From Auanema rhodensis (taxonomy: Eukaryota; Animalia; Nematoda): DNA of 64,000 nt. The stretch spans positions 3,162,001-3,226,000 of the forward strand of contig OZ059896.1 in NCBI GenBank assembly GCA_964057225.1. Direction: 5' to 3'. Shown here piece after piece: positions 1 through 15,000 of the stretch. The translations under genes were made by a program, and so were the position numbers. Numbering within the stretch: position 1 is the first letter of the stretch; each line of letters opens with the position of its first letter. The notes under the pieces are model-generated. The model ran no database searches. It had not been told where the DNA came from and saw only the letters and a program-made list of their open reading frames with translations.

Positions 1-3000
1 TAATGCATCATTTTTCAAACGATCATAACTAATTTTTGTATTGAGTGTTTCCCAATGTAGTATAGTGCATTCGATGTGGATTTTTAAGCTGCGTCGATCT
101 GTGTTATCAGATTTGCGCTAGCTTAAAAATGCACCGAGATATCAACTGATATAAGTTCACACTTATATCCTCGATTTTCACCGTGAAGAATTAATTTTTT
201 TGTTGAATAACAATGTCCATCGTCTTTGTCTTGAAAAAAGGAATCTAAAAACATCTACTTTTTGTGAAATTATTTTGAAATTTTTCGGGAAAATTTTTGT
301 CAAAATGTTTTTGGAAGCAATGTTGAGTGTACATGGAAACTCAACATACACTAATGCATCATTTTTCAAACGATCATAACTAATTTTTGTATTGAGTGTT
401 TCCCAATGTAGTATAGTGCATTCGATGTGGATTTTTAAGCTGCGTCGATCTGTGTTATCAGATTTGCGCTAGCTTGAAAATGCACCGAGATATCAACTGA
501 TATAGGTTCACACTTATATCCTCGATTTTCACCGTGAAGAATTAATTTTTTTGTTGAATAACAATGTCCATCGTCTTTGTCTTGAAAAAAGGAATCTAAA
601 AACATCTACTTTTTGTGAAATTATTTTGAAATTTTTCGGGAAAATTTTTGTCAAAATGTTTTTGGAAGCAATGTTGAGTGTACATGGAAACTCAACATAC
701 ACTAATGCATCATTTTTCAAACGATCATAACTAATTTTTGTATTTAGCTTTTCTCAATGTAGTATAGTGCATTCGATGCGGATTTTTAAGCTGCGTCGAT
801 CTGTGTTATCAGATTTGCGCTAGCTTGAAAATGCACCGAGATATCAACTGATATAGGTTCACACTTATATCCTCGATTTTCACCCTGAAGATTTAATTTT
901 TTCGTTGAATAACATTGTCCATCGTCTTTGTCTTGAAAAAAGGAATCTAAAAACATCTACTTTTTGTGAAATTATTTTGAAATTTTTCGGGAAAATTTTT
1001 GTCAAAATGTTTTTGGAAGCAATGTTGAGTGTACATGGAAACTCAACATACACTAATGCATCATTTTTCAAACGATCATAACTAATTTTTGTATTGAGTG
1101 TTTCCCAATGTAGTATAGTGCATTCGATGTGGATTTTTAAGCTGCGTCGATCTGTGTTATCAGATTTGCGCTAGCTTGAAAATGCACCGAGATATCAACT
1201 GATATAGGTTCACACATATATCCTCGATTTTCACCGTGAAGAATTAATTTTTTTGTTGAATAACAATGTCCATCGTCTTTGTCTTGAAAAAAGGAATCTA
1301 AAAACATCTACTTTTTGTGAAATTATTTTGAAATTTTTCGGGAAAATTTTTGTCAAAATGTTTTTGGAAGCATTGTTGAGTGTACATGGAAACTCAACAT
1401 ACACTAATGCATCATTTTTCAAACGATCATAACTAATTTTTGTATTGAGCGTTTCTCCATGTAGTATAGTGCATTCGATGCGGATTTTTAAGCTGCGTCG
1501 ATCTGTGTTATCAGATTTGCGCTAGCTTGAAAATGCACCGAGATATCAACTGATATAGGTTCACACTTATATCCTCGATTTTCACCGTGAAGAATTAATT
1601 TTTTTGTTGAATAACAATGTCCATCGTCTTTGTCTTGAAAAAAGAAATCTAAAAACATCTACTTTTTGTGAAATTATTTTGAAATTTTTCGGGAAAATTT
1701 TTGTCAAAATGTTTTTGGAAGCAATGTTGAGTGTACATGGAAACTCAACATACACTAATGCATCATTTTTAAACGATCATAACTAATTTTTGTATTGAGT
1801 GTTTCCCAATGTAGTATAGTGCATTCGATGTGGATTTTTAAGCTGCGTCGATCTGTGTTATCAGATTTGCGCTAGCTTAAAAATGCACCGAGATATCAAC
1901 TGATATAAGTTCACACTTATATCCTCGATTTTCACCCTGAAGAATTAATTTTTTTGTTGAATAACAATGTCAATCGTCTTTGTCTTGAAAAAAGGAATCT
2001 AAAAACATCTACTTTTTGTGAAATTATTTTGAAATTTTTCGGAAAAATTTTTGTCAAAATGTTTTTGGAAGCAATGTTGAGTGTACATGGAAACTCAACA
2101 TACACTAATGCATAATTTTTCAAACGATCATAACTAATTTTTGTATTGAGTGTTTCCCAATGTAGTATAGTGCATTCGATGTGGATTTTTAAGCTGCGTC
2201 GATCTGTGTTATCAGATTTGCGCTAGCTTAAAAATGCACCGAGATATCAACTGATATAAGTTCACACTTATATCCTCGATTTTCACCGTGAAGAATTAAT
2301 TTTTTTGTTGAATAACAATGTCCATCGTCTTTGTCTTGAAAAAAGGAATCTAAAAACATCTACTTTTTGTGAAATTATTTTGAAATTTTTCGGGAAAATT
2401 TTTGTCAAAATGTTTTTGGAAGCAATGTTGAGTGTACATGGAAACTCAACATACACTAATGCATCATTTTTCAAACGATCATAACTAATTTTTGTATTGA
2501 GTGTTTCCCAATGTAGTATAGTGCATTCGATGTGGATTTTTAAGCTGCGTCGATCTGTGTTATCAGATTTGCGCTAGCTTGAAAATGCACCGAGATATCA
2601 ACTGATATAGGTTCACACTTATATCCTCGATTTTCACCGTGAAGAATTAATTTTTTTGTTGAATAACAATGTCCATCGTCTTTGTCTTGAAAAAAGGAAT
2701 CTAAAAACATCTACTTTTTGTGAAATTATTTTGAAATTTTTCGGGAAAATTTTTGTCAAAATGTTTTTGGAAGCAATGTTGAGTGTACATGGAAACTCAA
2801 CATACACTAATGCATCATTTTTCAAACGATCATAACTAATTTTTGTATTAAGCTTTTCTTAATGTAGTATAGTGCATTCGATGTGGATTTTTAAGCTGCG
2901 TCGATCTGTGTTATCAGATTTGCGCTAGCTTGAAAATGCACCGAGATATCAACTGATATAGGTTCACACTTATATCCTCGATTTTCACCGTGAAGAATTA

Positions 3001-6000
3001 ATTTTTTCGTTGAATAACATTGTCCATCGTCTTTGTCTTGAAAAAAGGAATCTAAAAACATCTACTTTTTGTGAAATTATTTTGAAATTTTTCGGGAAAA
3101 TTTTTGTCAAAATGTTTTTGGATGCATTGTTGAGTGTACATGGAAACTCAACATACACTAATGCATCATTTTTCAAACGATCATAACTAATTTTTGTATT
3201 GAGTGTTTCCCAATGTAGTATAGTGCATTCGATGTGGATTTTTAAGCTGCGTCGATCTGTGTTATCAGATTTGCGCTAGCTTAAAAATGCACCGAGATAT
3301 CAACTGATATAAGTTCACACTTATATCCTCGATTTTCACCGTGAAGAATTAATTTTTTTGTTGAATAACAATGTCCATCGTCTTTGTCTTGAAAAAAGGA
3401 ATCTAAAAACATCTACTTTTTGTGAAATTATTTTGAAATTTTTCGGGAAAATTTTTGTCAAAATGTTTTTGGAAGCAATGTTGAGTGTACATGGAAACTC
3501 AACATACACTAATGCATCATTTTTCAAACGATCATAACTAATTTTTGTATTGAGTGTTTCCCAATGTAGTATAGTGCATTCGATGTGGATTTTTAAGCTG
3601 CGTCGATCTGTGTTATCAGATTTGCGCTAGCTTGAAAATGCACCGAGATATCAACTGATATAGGTTCACACTTATATCCTCGATTTTCACCGTGAAGAAT
3701 TAATTTTTTTGTTGAATAACAATGTCCATCGTCTTTGTCTTGAAAAAAGGAATCTAAAAACATCTACTTTTTGTGAAATTATTTTGAAATTTTTCGGGAA
3801 AATTTTTGTCAAAATGTTTTTGGAAGCAATGTTGAGTGTACATGGAAACTCAACATACACTAATGCATCATTTTTCAAACGATCATAACTAATTTTTGTA
3901 TTAAGCTTTTCTTAATGTAGTATAGTGCATTCGATGCGGATTTTTAAGCTGCGTCGATCTGTGTTATCAGATTTGCGCTAGCTTGAAAATGCACCGAGAT
4001 ATCAACTGATATAGGTTCACACTTATATCCTCGATTTTCACCGTGAAGAATTAATTTTTTTGTTGAATAACAATGTCCATCGTCTTTGTCTTAAAAAAAG
4101 GAATCTAAAAACATCTACTTTTTGTGAAATTATTTTGAAATTTTTCGGGAAAATTTTTGTCAAAATGTTTTTGGAAGCAATGTTGAGTGTACATGGAAAC
4201 TCAACATACACTAATGCATCATTTTTCAAACGATCATAACTAATTTTTGTATTGAGTGTTTCCCAATGTAGTATAGTGCATTCGATGTGGATTTTTAAGC
4301 TGCGTCGATCTGTGTTATCAGATTTGCGCTAGCTTAAAAATGCACCGAGATATCAACTGATATAAGTTCACACTTATATCCTCGATTTTCACCCTGAAGA
4401 ATTAATTTTTTTGTTGAATAACAATGTCCATCGTCTTTGTCTTAAAAAAAGGAATCTAAAAACATCTACTTTTTGTGAAATTATTTTGAAGATTTTCGGG
4501 AAAATTTTTGTCAAAATGTTTTTGGAAGCAATGTTGAGTGTACATGGAAACTCAACATACACTAATGCATCATTTTTCAAACGATCATAACTAATTTTTG
4601 TATTGAGTGTTTCCCAATGTAGTATAGTGCATTCGATGCGGATTTTTAAGCTGCGTCGATCTGTGTTATCAGATTTGCGCTAGCTTAAAAATGCACCGAG
4701 ATATCAACTGATATAAGTTCACACTTATATCCTCGATTTTCACCCTGAAGAATTAATTTTTTTGTTGAATAACAATGTCCATCGTCTTTGTCTTAAAAAA
4801 AGGAATCTAAAAACATCTACTTTTTGTGAAATTATTTTGAAGATTTTCGGGAAAATTTTTGTCAAAATGTTTTTGGAAGCAATGTTGAGTGTACATGGAA
4901 ACTCAACATACACTAATGCATCATTTTTCAAACGATCATAACTAATTTTTGTATTAAGCTTTTCTTAATGTAGTATAGTGCATTCGATGCGGATTTTTAA
5001 GCTGCGTCGATCTGTGTTATCAGATTTGCGCTAGCTTGAAAATGCACCGAGATATCAACTGATATAGGTTCACACTTATATCCTCGATTTTCACCGTGAA
5101 GAATTAATTTTTTTGTTGAATAACAATGTCCATCGTCTTTGTCTTAAAAAAAGGAATCTAAAAACATCTACTTTTTGTGAAATTATTTTGAAATTTTTCG
5201 GGAAAATTTTTGTCAAAATGTTTTTGGAAGCAATGTTGAGTGTACATGGAAACTCAACATACACTAATGCATCATTTTTCAAACGATCATAACTAATTTT
5301 TGTATTGAGTGTTTCCCAATGTAGTATAGTGCATTCGATGTGGATTTTTAAGCTGCGTCGATCTGTGTTATCAGATTTGCGCTAGCTTAAAAATGCACCG
5401 AGATATCAACTGATATAAGTTCACACTTATATCCTCGAATTTCACCCTGAAGAATTAATTTTTTTGTTGAATAACAATGTCCATCGTCTTTGTCTTGAAA
5501 AAAGGAATCTAAAAACATCTACTTTTTGTGAAATTATTTTGAAATTTTTCGGGAAAATTTTTGTCAAAATGTTTTTGGAAGCAATGTTGAGTGTACATGG
5601 AAACTCAACATACACTAATGCATCATTTTTCAAACGATCATAACTAATTTTTGTATTGAGTGTTTCCCAATGTAGTATAGTGCATCCGATGTGGATTTTT
5701 AAGCTGCGTCGATCTGTGTTATCAGATTTGCGCTAGCTTAAAAATGCACCGAGATATCAACTGATATAAGTTCACACTTATATCCTCGATTTTCACCGTG
5801 AAGAATTAATTTTTTTGTTGAATAACAATGTCCATCGTCTTTGTCTTGAAAAAAGGAATCTAAAAACATCTACTTTTTGTGAAATTATTTTGAAATTTTT
5901 CGGGAAAATTTTTGTCAAAATGTTTTTGGAAGCAATGTTGAGTGTACATGGAAACTCAACATACACTAATGCATCATTTTTCAAACGATCATAACTAATT

Positions 6001-9000
6001 TTTGTATTGAGTGTTTCCCAATGTAGTATAGTGCATTCGATGTGGATTTTTAAGCTGCGTCGATCTGTGTTATCAGATTTGCGCTAGCTTGAAAATGCAC
6101 CGAGATATCAACTGATATAGGTTCACACTTATATCCTCGATTTTCACCGTGAAGAATTAATTTTTTTGTTGAATGACAATGTCCATCGTCTTTGTCTTGA
6201 AAAAAGGAATCTAAAAACATCTACTTTTTGTAAATTTATTCTGAAATTTTTCGGGAAAATGTTTGTCAAAATGTTTTTGGAAGCAATGTTGAGTGTACAT
6301 GGAAACTCAACATACACTAATGCATCATTTTTCAAACAATCATAACTAATTTTTGTATTGAGCGTTTCTTAATGTAGTATAGTACATTCGATGCGGATTT
6401 TTAAGCTGCGTCGATCTGTGTTATCAGATTTGCGCTAGCTTAAAAATGAACCGAGATATCAACTGATATAGGTTCACACTTATATCCTCGATTTTCACCC
6501 TGAAGATTTAATTTTTTCGTTGAATAACATTGTCCATCGTCTTTGTCTTGAAAAAAGGAATCTAAAAACATCTACTTTTTGTGAAATTATTTTGAAATTG
6601 TTCGGGAAAATTTTTGTCAAAATGTTTTTGGAAGCATTGTTGAGTGTACATGGAAACTCAACATACACTAATGCATCATTTTTCAAACGATCATAACTAA
6701 TTTTTGTATTAAGCGTTTCTCCATGTAGTATAGTGCATTCGATGCGGATTTTTAAGCTGCGTCGATCTGTGTTATCAGATTTGCGCTAGCTTGAAAATGC
6801 ACCGAGATATAAACTGATATAGGTTCACACTTATATCCTCGATTTTCACCGTGAAGAATTAATTTTTTTTTGTTGAATAACAATGTCCATCGTCTTTGTC
6901 TTGAAAAGAGAAATCTAAAAACATCTACTTTTTGTGAAATTATTTTGAAATTTTTCGGGAAAATTTTTGTCAAAATGTTTTTGGAAGCATTGTTGAGTGT
7001 ACATGGAAACTCAACATACACTAATGCATCATTTTTCAAACGATCATAACTAATTTTTGTATTGAGCGTTTCTCCATGTAGTATAGTGCATTCGATGCGG
7101 ATTTTTAAGCTGCGTCGATCTGTGTTATCAGATTTGCGCTAGCTTGAAAATGCACCGAGATATCAACTGATATAGGTTCACACTTATATCCTCGATTTTC
7201 ACCGTGAAGAATTAATTTTTTTGTTGAATAACAATGTCCATCGTCTTTGTCTTGAAAAAAGGAATCCAAAAACATCTACTTTTTGTGAAATTATTTTGAA
7301 ATTTTTCGGGAAAATTTTTGTCAAAATGTTTTTGGAAGCATTGTTGAGTGTACATGGAAACTCAACATACACTAATGCATCATTTTTCAAACGATCATAA
7401 CTAATTTTTGTATTGAGCGTTTCTCCATGTAGTATAGTGCATTCGATGCGGATTTTTAAGCTGCGTCGATCTGTGTTATCAGATTTGCGCTAGCTTGAAA
7501 ATGCACCGAGATATCAACTGATATAGGTTCACACTTATATCCTCGATTTTCACCGTGAAGAATTAATTTTTTTGTTGAATAACAATGTCCATCGTCTTTG
7601 TCTTGAAAAAAGGAATCTAAAAACATCTACTTTTTGTGAAATTATTTTGAAATTTTTCGGGAAAATTTTTGTCAAAATGTTTTTGGAAGCATTGTTGAGT
7701 GTACATGGAAACTCAACATACACTAATGCATCATTTTTCAAACGATCATAACTAATTTTTGTATTGAGCGTTTCTCCATGTAGTATAGTGCATTCGATGC
7801 GGATTTTTAAGCTGCGTCGATCTGTGTTATCAGATTTGCGCTAGCTTGAAAATGCACCGAGATATCAACTGATATAGGTTCACACTTATATCCTCGATTT
7901 TCACCGTGAAGAATTAATTTTTTTGTTGAATAACAATGTCCATCGTCTTTGTCTTGAAAAAAGGAATCTAAAAACATCTACTTTTTGTGAAATTATTTTG
8001 AAATTTTTCGGGAAAATTTTTGTCAAAATGTTTTTGGAAGCATTGTTGAGTGTACATGGAAACTCAACATACACTAATGCATCATTTTTCAAACGATCAT
8101 AACTAATTTTTGTATTGAGCGTTTCTCCATGTAGTATAGTGCATTCGATGCGGATTTTTAAGCTGCGTCGATCTGTGTTATCAGATTTGCGCTAGCTTGA
8201 AAATGCACCGAGATATCAACTGATATAGGTTCACACTTATATCCTCGATTTTCACCGTGAAGAATTAATTTTTTTGTTGAATAACAATGTCCATCGTCTT
8301 TGTCTTGAAAAAAGGAATCTAAAAACATCTACTTTTTGTGAAATTATTTTGAAATTTTTCGGGAAAATTTTTGTCAAAATGTTTTTGGAAGCATTGTTGA
8401 GTGTACATGGAAACTCAACATACACTAATGCATCATTTTTCAAACGATCATAACTAATTTTTGTATTGAGCGTTTCTCCATGTAGTATAGTGCATTCGAT
8501 GCGGATTTTTAAGCTGCGTCGATCTGTGTTATCAGATTTGCGCTAGCTTGAAAATGCACCGAGATATCAACTGATATAGGTTCACACTTATATCCTCGAT
8601 TTTCACCGTGAAGAATTAATTTTTTCGTTGAATAACATTGTCCATCGTCTTTGTCTTGAAAAAAGGAATCTAAAAACATCTACTTTTTGTGAAATTATTT
8701 TGAAATTTTTCGGGAAAATTTTTGTCAAAATGTTTTTGGATGCATTGTTGAGTGTACATGAAAACTCAACATACACTAATGCATCATTTTTCAAACGATC
8801 ATAACTAATTTTTGTATTGAGCGTTTCTCCATGTAGTATAGTGCATTCGATGCGGATTTTTAAGCTGCGTCGATCTGTGTTATCAGATTTGCGCTAGCTT
8901 GAAAATGCACCGAGATATCAACTGATATAGGTTCACACTTATATCCTCGATTTTCACCGTGAAGAATTAATTTTTTTGTTGAATAACAATGTCCATCGTC

Positions 9001-12000
9001 TTTGTCTTGAAAAAAGGAATCTAAAAACATCTACTTTTTGTGAAATTATTTTGAAATTTTTCGGGAAAATTTTTGTCAAAATGTTTTTGGAAGCAATGTT
9101 GAGTGTACATGGAAACTCAACATACACTAATGCATCATTTTTCAAACGATCATAACTAATTTTTGTATTGAGTGTTTCCCAATGTAGTATAGTGCATTCG
9201 ATGTGGATTTTTAAGCTGCGTCGATCTGTGTTATCAGATTTGCGCTAGCTTAAAAATGCACCGAGATATCAACTGATATAAGTTCACACTTATATCCTCG
9301 ATTTTCACCCTGAAGAATTAATTTTTTTGTTGAATAACAATGTCCATCGTCTTTGTCTTGAAAAAAGGAATCTAAAAACATCTACTTTTTGTGAAATTAT
9401 TTTGAAATTTTTCGGGAAAATTTTTGTCAAAACGTTTTTGGAAGCAATGTTGAGTGTACATGGAAACTCAACATACACTAATGCATCATTTTTCAAACGA
9501 TCATAACTAATTTTTGTATTGAGTGTTTCCCAATGTAGTATAGTGCATTCGATGTGGATTTTTAAGCTGCGTCGATCTGTGTTATCAGATTTGCGCTAGC
9601 TTAAAAATGCACCGAGATATCAACTGATATAAGTTCACACTTATATCCTCGATTTTCACCGTGAAGAATTAATTTTTTTGTTGAATACCAATGTCCATCG
9701 TCTTTGTCTTGAAAAAAGGAATCTAAAAACATCTACTTTTTGTGAAATTATTTTGAAATTTTTCGGGAAAATTTTTGTCAAAATGTTTTTGGAAGCAATG
9801 TTGAGTGTACATGGAAACTCAACATACACTAATGCATCATTTTTCAAACGATCATAACTAATTTTTGTATTGAGTGTTTCCCAATGTAGTATAGTGCATT
9901 CGATGTGGATTTTTAAGCTGCGTCGATCTGTGTTATCAGATTTGCGCTAGCTTGAAAATGCACCGAGATATCAACTGATATAGGTTCACACTTATATCCT
10001 CGATTTTCACCGTGAAGAATTAATTTTTTTGTTGAATAACAATGTCCATCGTCTTTGTCTTGAAAAAAGGAATCTAAAAACATCTACTTTTTGTGAAATT
10101 ATTTTGAAATTTTTCGGGAAAATTTTTGTCAAAATGTTTTTGGAAGCAATGTTGAGTGTACATGGAAACTCAACATACACTAATGCATCATTTTTCAAAC
10201 GATCATAACTAATTTTTGTATTGAGTGTTTCCCAATGTAGTATAGTGCATTCGATGTGGATTTTTAAGCTGCGTCGATCTGTGTTATCAGATTTGCGCTA
10301 GCTTAAAAATGCACCGAGATATCAACTGATATAAGTTCACACTTATATCCTCGATTTTCACCGTGAAGAATTAATTTTTTTGTTGAATACCAATGTCCAT
10401 CGTCTTTGTCTTGAAAAAAGGAATCTAAAAACATCTACTTTTTGTGAAATTATTTTGAAATTTTTCGGGAAAATTTTTGTCAAAATGTTTTTGGAAGCAA
10501 TGTTGAGTGTACATGGAAACTCAACATACACTAATGCATCATTTTTCAAACGATCATAACTAATTTTTGTATTGAGTGTTTCCCAATGTAGTATAGTGCA
10601 TTCGATGTGGATTTTTAAGCTGCGTCGATCTGTGTTATCAGATTTGCGCTAGCTTGAAAATGCACCGAGATATCAACTGATATAGGTTCACACTTATATC
10701 CTCGATTTTCACCGTGAAGAATTAATTTTTTTGTTGAATAACAATGTCCATCGTCTTTGTCTTGAAAAAAGGAATCTAAAAACATCTACTTTTTGTGAAA
10801 TTATTTTGAAATTTTTCGGGAAAATTTTTGTCAAAATGTTTTTGGAAGCAATGTTGAGTGTACATGGAAACTCAACATACACTAATGCATCATTTTTCAA
10901 ACGATCATAACTAATTTTTGTATTGAGTGTTTCCCAATGTAGTATAGTGCATTCGATGTGGATTTTTAAGCTGCGTCGATCTGTGTTATCAGATTTGCGC
11001 TAGCTTGAAAATGCACCGAGATATCAACTGATATAGGTTCACACTTATATCCTCGATTTTCACCGTGAAGAATTAATTTTTTTGTTGAATGACAATGTCC
11101 ATCGTCTTTGTCTTGAAAAAAGGAATCTAAAAACATCTACTTTTTGTAAATTTATTCTGAAATTTTTCGGGAAAATGTTTGTCAAAATGTTTTTGGAAGC
11201 AATGTTGAGTGTACATGGAAACTCAACATACACTAATGCATCATTTTTCAAACAATCATAACTAATTTTTGTATTGAGCGTTTCTTAATGTAGTATAGTA
11301 CATTCGATGCGGATTTTTAAGCTGCGTCGATCTGTGTTATCAGATTTGCGCTAGCTTGAAAATGCACCGAGATATCAACTGATATAGGTTCACACTTATA
11401 TCCTCGATTTTCACCGTGAAGAATTAATTTTTTTTTGTTGAATAACAATGTCCATCGTCTTTGTCTTGAAAAGAGGAATCTAAAAACATCTACTTTTTGT
11501 GAAATTATTTTGAAATTTTTCGGGAAAATTCTTGTCAAAATGTTTTTGGAAGCATTGTTGAGTGTACATGGAAACTCAACATACACTAATGCATCATTTT
11601 TCAAACGATCATAACTAATTTTTGTATTGAGCGTTTCTCCATGTAGTATAGTGCATTCGATGCGGATTTTTAAGCTGCGTCGATCTGTGTTATCAGATTT
11701 GCGCTAGCTTGAAAATGCACCGAGATATCAACTGATATAGGTTCACACTTATATCCTCGATTTTCACCGTGAAGAATTAATTTTTTTGTTGAATGACAAT
11801 GTCCATCGTCTTTGTCTTGAAAAAAGGAATCTAAAAACATCTACTTTTTGTAAATTTATTCTGAAATTTTTCGGGAAAATGTTTGTCAAAATGTTTTTGG
11901 AAGCAATGTTGAGTGTACATGGAAACTCAACATACACTAATGCATCATTTTTCAAACAATCATAACTAATTTTTGTATTGAGCGTTTCTTAATGTAGTAT

Positions 12001-15000
12001 AGTACATTCGATGCGGATTTTTAAGCTGCGTCGATCTGTGTTATCAGATTTGCGCTAGCTTGAAAATGCACCGAGATATCAACTGATATAGGTTCACACT
12101 TATATCCTCGATTTTCACCGTGAAGAATTAATTTTTTTTTGTTGAATAACAATGTCCATCGTCTTTGTCTTGAAAAGAGGAATCTAAAAACATCTACTTT
12201 TTGTGAAATTATTTTGAAATTTTTCGGGAAAATTCTTGTCAAAATGTTTTTGGAAGCATTGTTGAGTGTACATGGAAACTCAACATACACTAATGCATCA
12301 TTTTTCAAACGATCATAACTAATTTTTGTATTGAGCGTTTCTCCATGTAGTATAGTGCATTCGATGCGGATTTTTAAGCTGCGTCGATCTGTGTTATCAG
12401 ATTTGCGCTAGCTTGAAAATGCACCGAGATATCAACTGATATAGGTTCACACTTATATCCTCGATTTTCACCGTGAAGAATTAATTTTTTTTTGTTGAAT
12501 AACAATGTCCATCGTCTTTGTCTTGAAAAGAGGAATCTAAAAACATCTACTTTTTGTGAAATTATTTTGAAATTTTTCGGGAAAATTTTTGTCAAAATGT
12601 TTTTGGAAGCATTGTTGAGTGTACATGGAAACTCAACATACACTAATGCATCATTTTTCAAACGATCATAACTAATTTTTGTATTGAGCGTTTCTCCATG
12701 TAGTATAGTGCATTCGATGCGGATTTTTAAGCTGCGTCGATCTGTGTTATCAGATTTGCGCTAGCTTGAAAATGCACCGAGATATCAACTGATATAGGTT
12801 CACACTTATATCCTCGATTTTCACCGTGAAGAATTAATTTTTTTTTGTTGAATAACAATGTCCATCGTCTTTGTCTTGAAAAGAGGAATCTAAAAACATC
12901 TACTTTTTGTGAAATTATTTTGAAATTTTTCGGGAAAATTTTTGTCAAAATGTTTTTGGAAGCATTGTTGAGTGTACATGGAAACTCAACATACACTAAT
13001 GCATCATTTTTCAAACGATCATAACTAATTTTTGTATTGAGCGTTTCTTAATGTAGTATAGTACATTCGATGCGGATTTTTAAGCTGCGTCGATCTGTGT
13101 TATCAGATTTGCGCTAGCTTAAAAATGAACCGAGATATCAACTGATATAGGTTCACACTTATATCCTCGATTTTCACCGTGAAGAATTAATTTTTTTTTG
13201 TTGAATAACAATGTCCATCGTCTTTGTCTTGAAAAGAGGAATCTAAAAACATCTACTTTTTGTGAAATTATTTTGAAATTTTTCGGGAAAATTTTTGTCA
13301 AAATGTTTTTGGAAGCATTGTTGAGTGTACATGGAAACTCAACATACACTAATGCATCATTTTTCAAACGATCATAACTAATTTTTGTATTGAGCGTTTC
13401 TCCATGTAGTATAGTGCATTCGATGCGGATTTTTAAGCTGCGTCGATCTGTGTTATCAGATTTGCGCTAGCTTGAAAATGCACCGAGATATCAACTGATA
13501 TAGGTTCACACTTATATCCTCGATTTTCACCGTGAAGAATTAATTTTTTTGTTGAATAACAATGTCCATCGTCTTTGTCTTGAAAAAAGGAATCTAAAAA
13601 CATCTACTTTTTGTGAAATTATTTTGAAATTTTTCGGGAAAATTTTTGTCAAAATGTTTTTGGAAGCATTGTTGAGTGTACATGGAAACTCAACATACAC
13701 TAATGCATCATTTTTCAAACGATCATAACTAATTTTTGTATTGAGCGTTTCTCCATGTAGTATAGTGCATTCGATGCGGATTTTTAAGCTGCGTCGATCT
13801 GTGTTATCAGATTTGCGCTAGCTTGAAAATGCACCGAGATATCAACTGATATAGGTTCACACTTATATCCTCGATTTTCACCGTGAAGAATTAATTTTTT
13901 TGTTGAATAACAATGTCCATCGTCTTTGTCTTGAAAAAAGGAATCTAAAAACATCTACTTTTTGTGAAATTATTTTGAAATTTTTCGGGAAAATTTTTGT
14001 CAAAATGTTTTTGGAAGCATTGTTGAGTGTACATGGAAACTCAACATACACTAATGCATCATTTTTCAAACGATCATAACTAATTTTTGTATTGAGCGTT
14101 TCTCCATGTAGTATAGTGCATTCGATGCGGATTTTTAAGCTGCGTCGATCTGTGTTATCAGATTTGCGCTAGCTTGAAAATGCACCGAGATATCAACTGA
14201 TATAGGTTCACACTTATATCCTCGATTTTCACCGTGAAGAATTAATTTTTTTGTTGAATAACAATGTCCATCGTCTTTGTCTTGAAAAAAGGAATCTAAA
14301 AACATCTACTTTTTGTGAAATTATTTTGAAATTTTTCGGGAAAATTTTTGTCAAAATGTTTTTGGAAGCATTGTTGAGTGTACATGGAAACTCAACATAC
14401 ACTAATGCATCATTTTTCAAACGATCATAACTAATTTTTGTATTGAGCGTTTCTCCATGTAGTATAGTGCATTCGATGCGGATTTTTAAGCTGCGTCGAT
14501 CTGTGTTATCAGATTTGCGCTAGCTTGAAAATGCACCGAGATATCAACTGATATAGGTTCACACTTATATCCTCGATTTTCACCGTGAAGAATTAATTTT
14601 TTTGTTGAATAACAATGTCCATCGTCTTTGTCTTGAAAAAAGGAATCTAAAAACATCTACTTTTTGTGAAATTATTTTGAAATTTTTCGGGAAAATTTTT
14701 GTCAAAATGTTTTTGGAAGCATTGTTGAGTGTACATGGAAACTCAACATACACTAATGCATCATTTTTCAAACGATCATAACTAATTTTTGTATTGAGCG
14801 TTTCTCCATGTAGTATAGTGCATTCGATGCGGATTTTTAAGCTGCGTCGATCTGTGTTATCAGATTTGCGCTAGCTTGAAAATGCACCGAGATATCAACT
14901 GATATAGGTTCACACTTATATCCTCGATTTTCACCGTGAAGAATTAATTTTTTTGTTGAATAACAATGTCCATCGTCTTTGTCTTGAAAAAAGGAATCTA

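Noticed and set aside
280-300. CENP-B box (TTCG....A..CGGG)
   Set aside because: TTCGGG and TTCGTTGAA occur separately and never with the 17-bp spacing.
880-930. Hammerhead ribozyme core (CTGAAGA in CACCCTGAAGA variants)
   Set aside because: Present only in a minority variant, with no properly placed stem II + GAAA + stem III.
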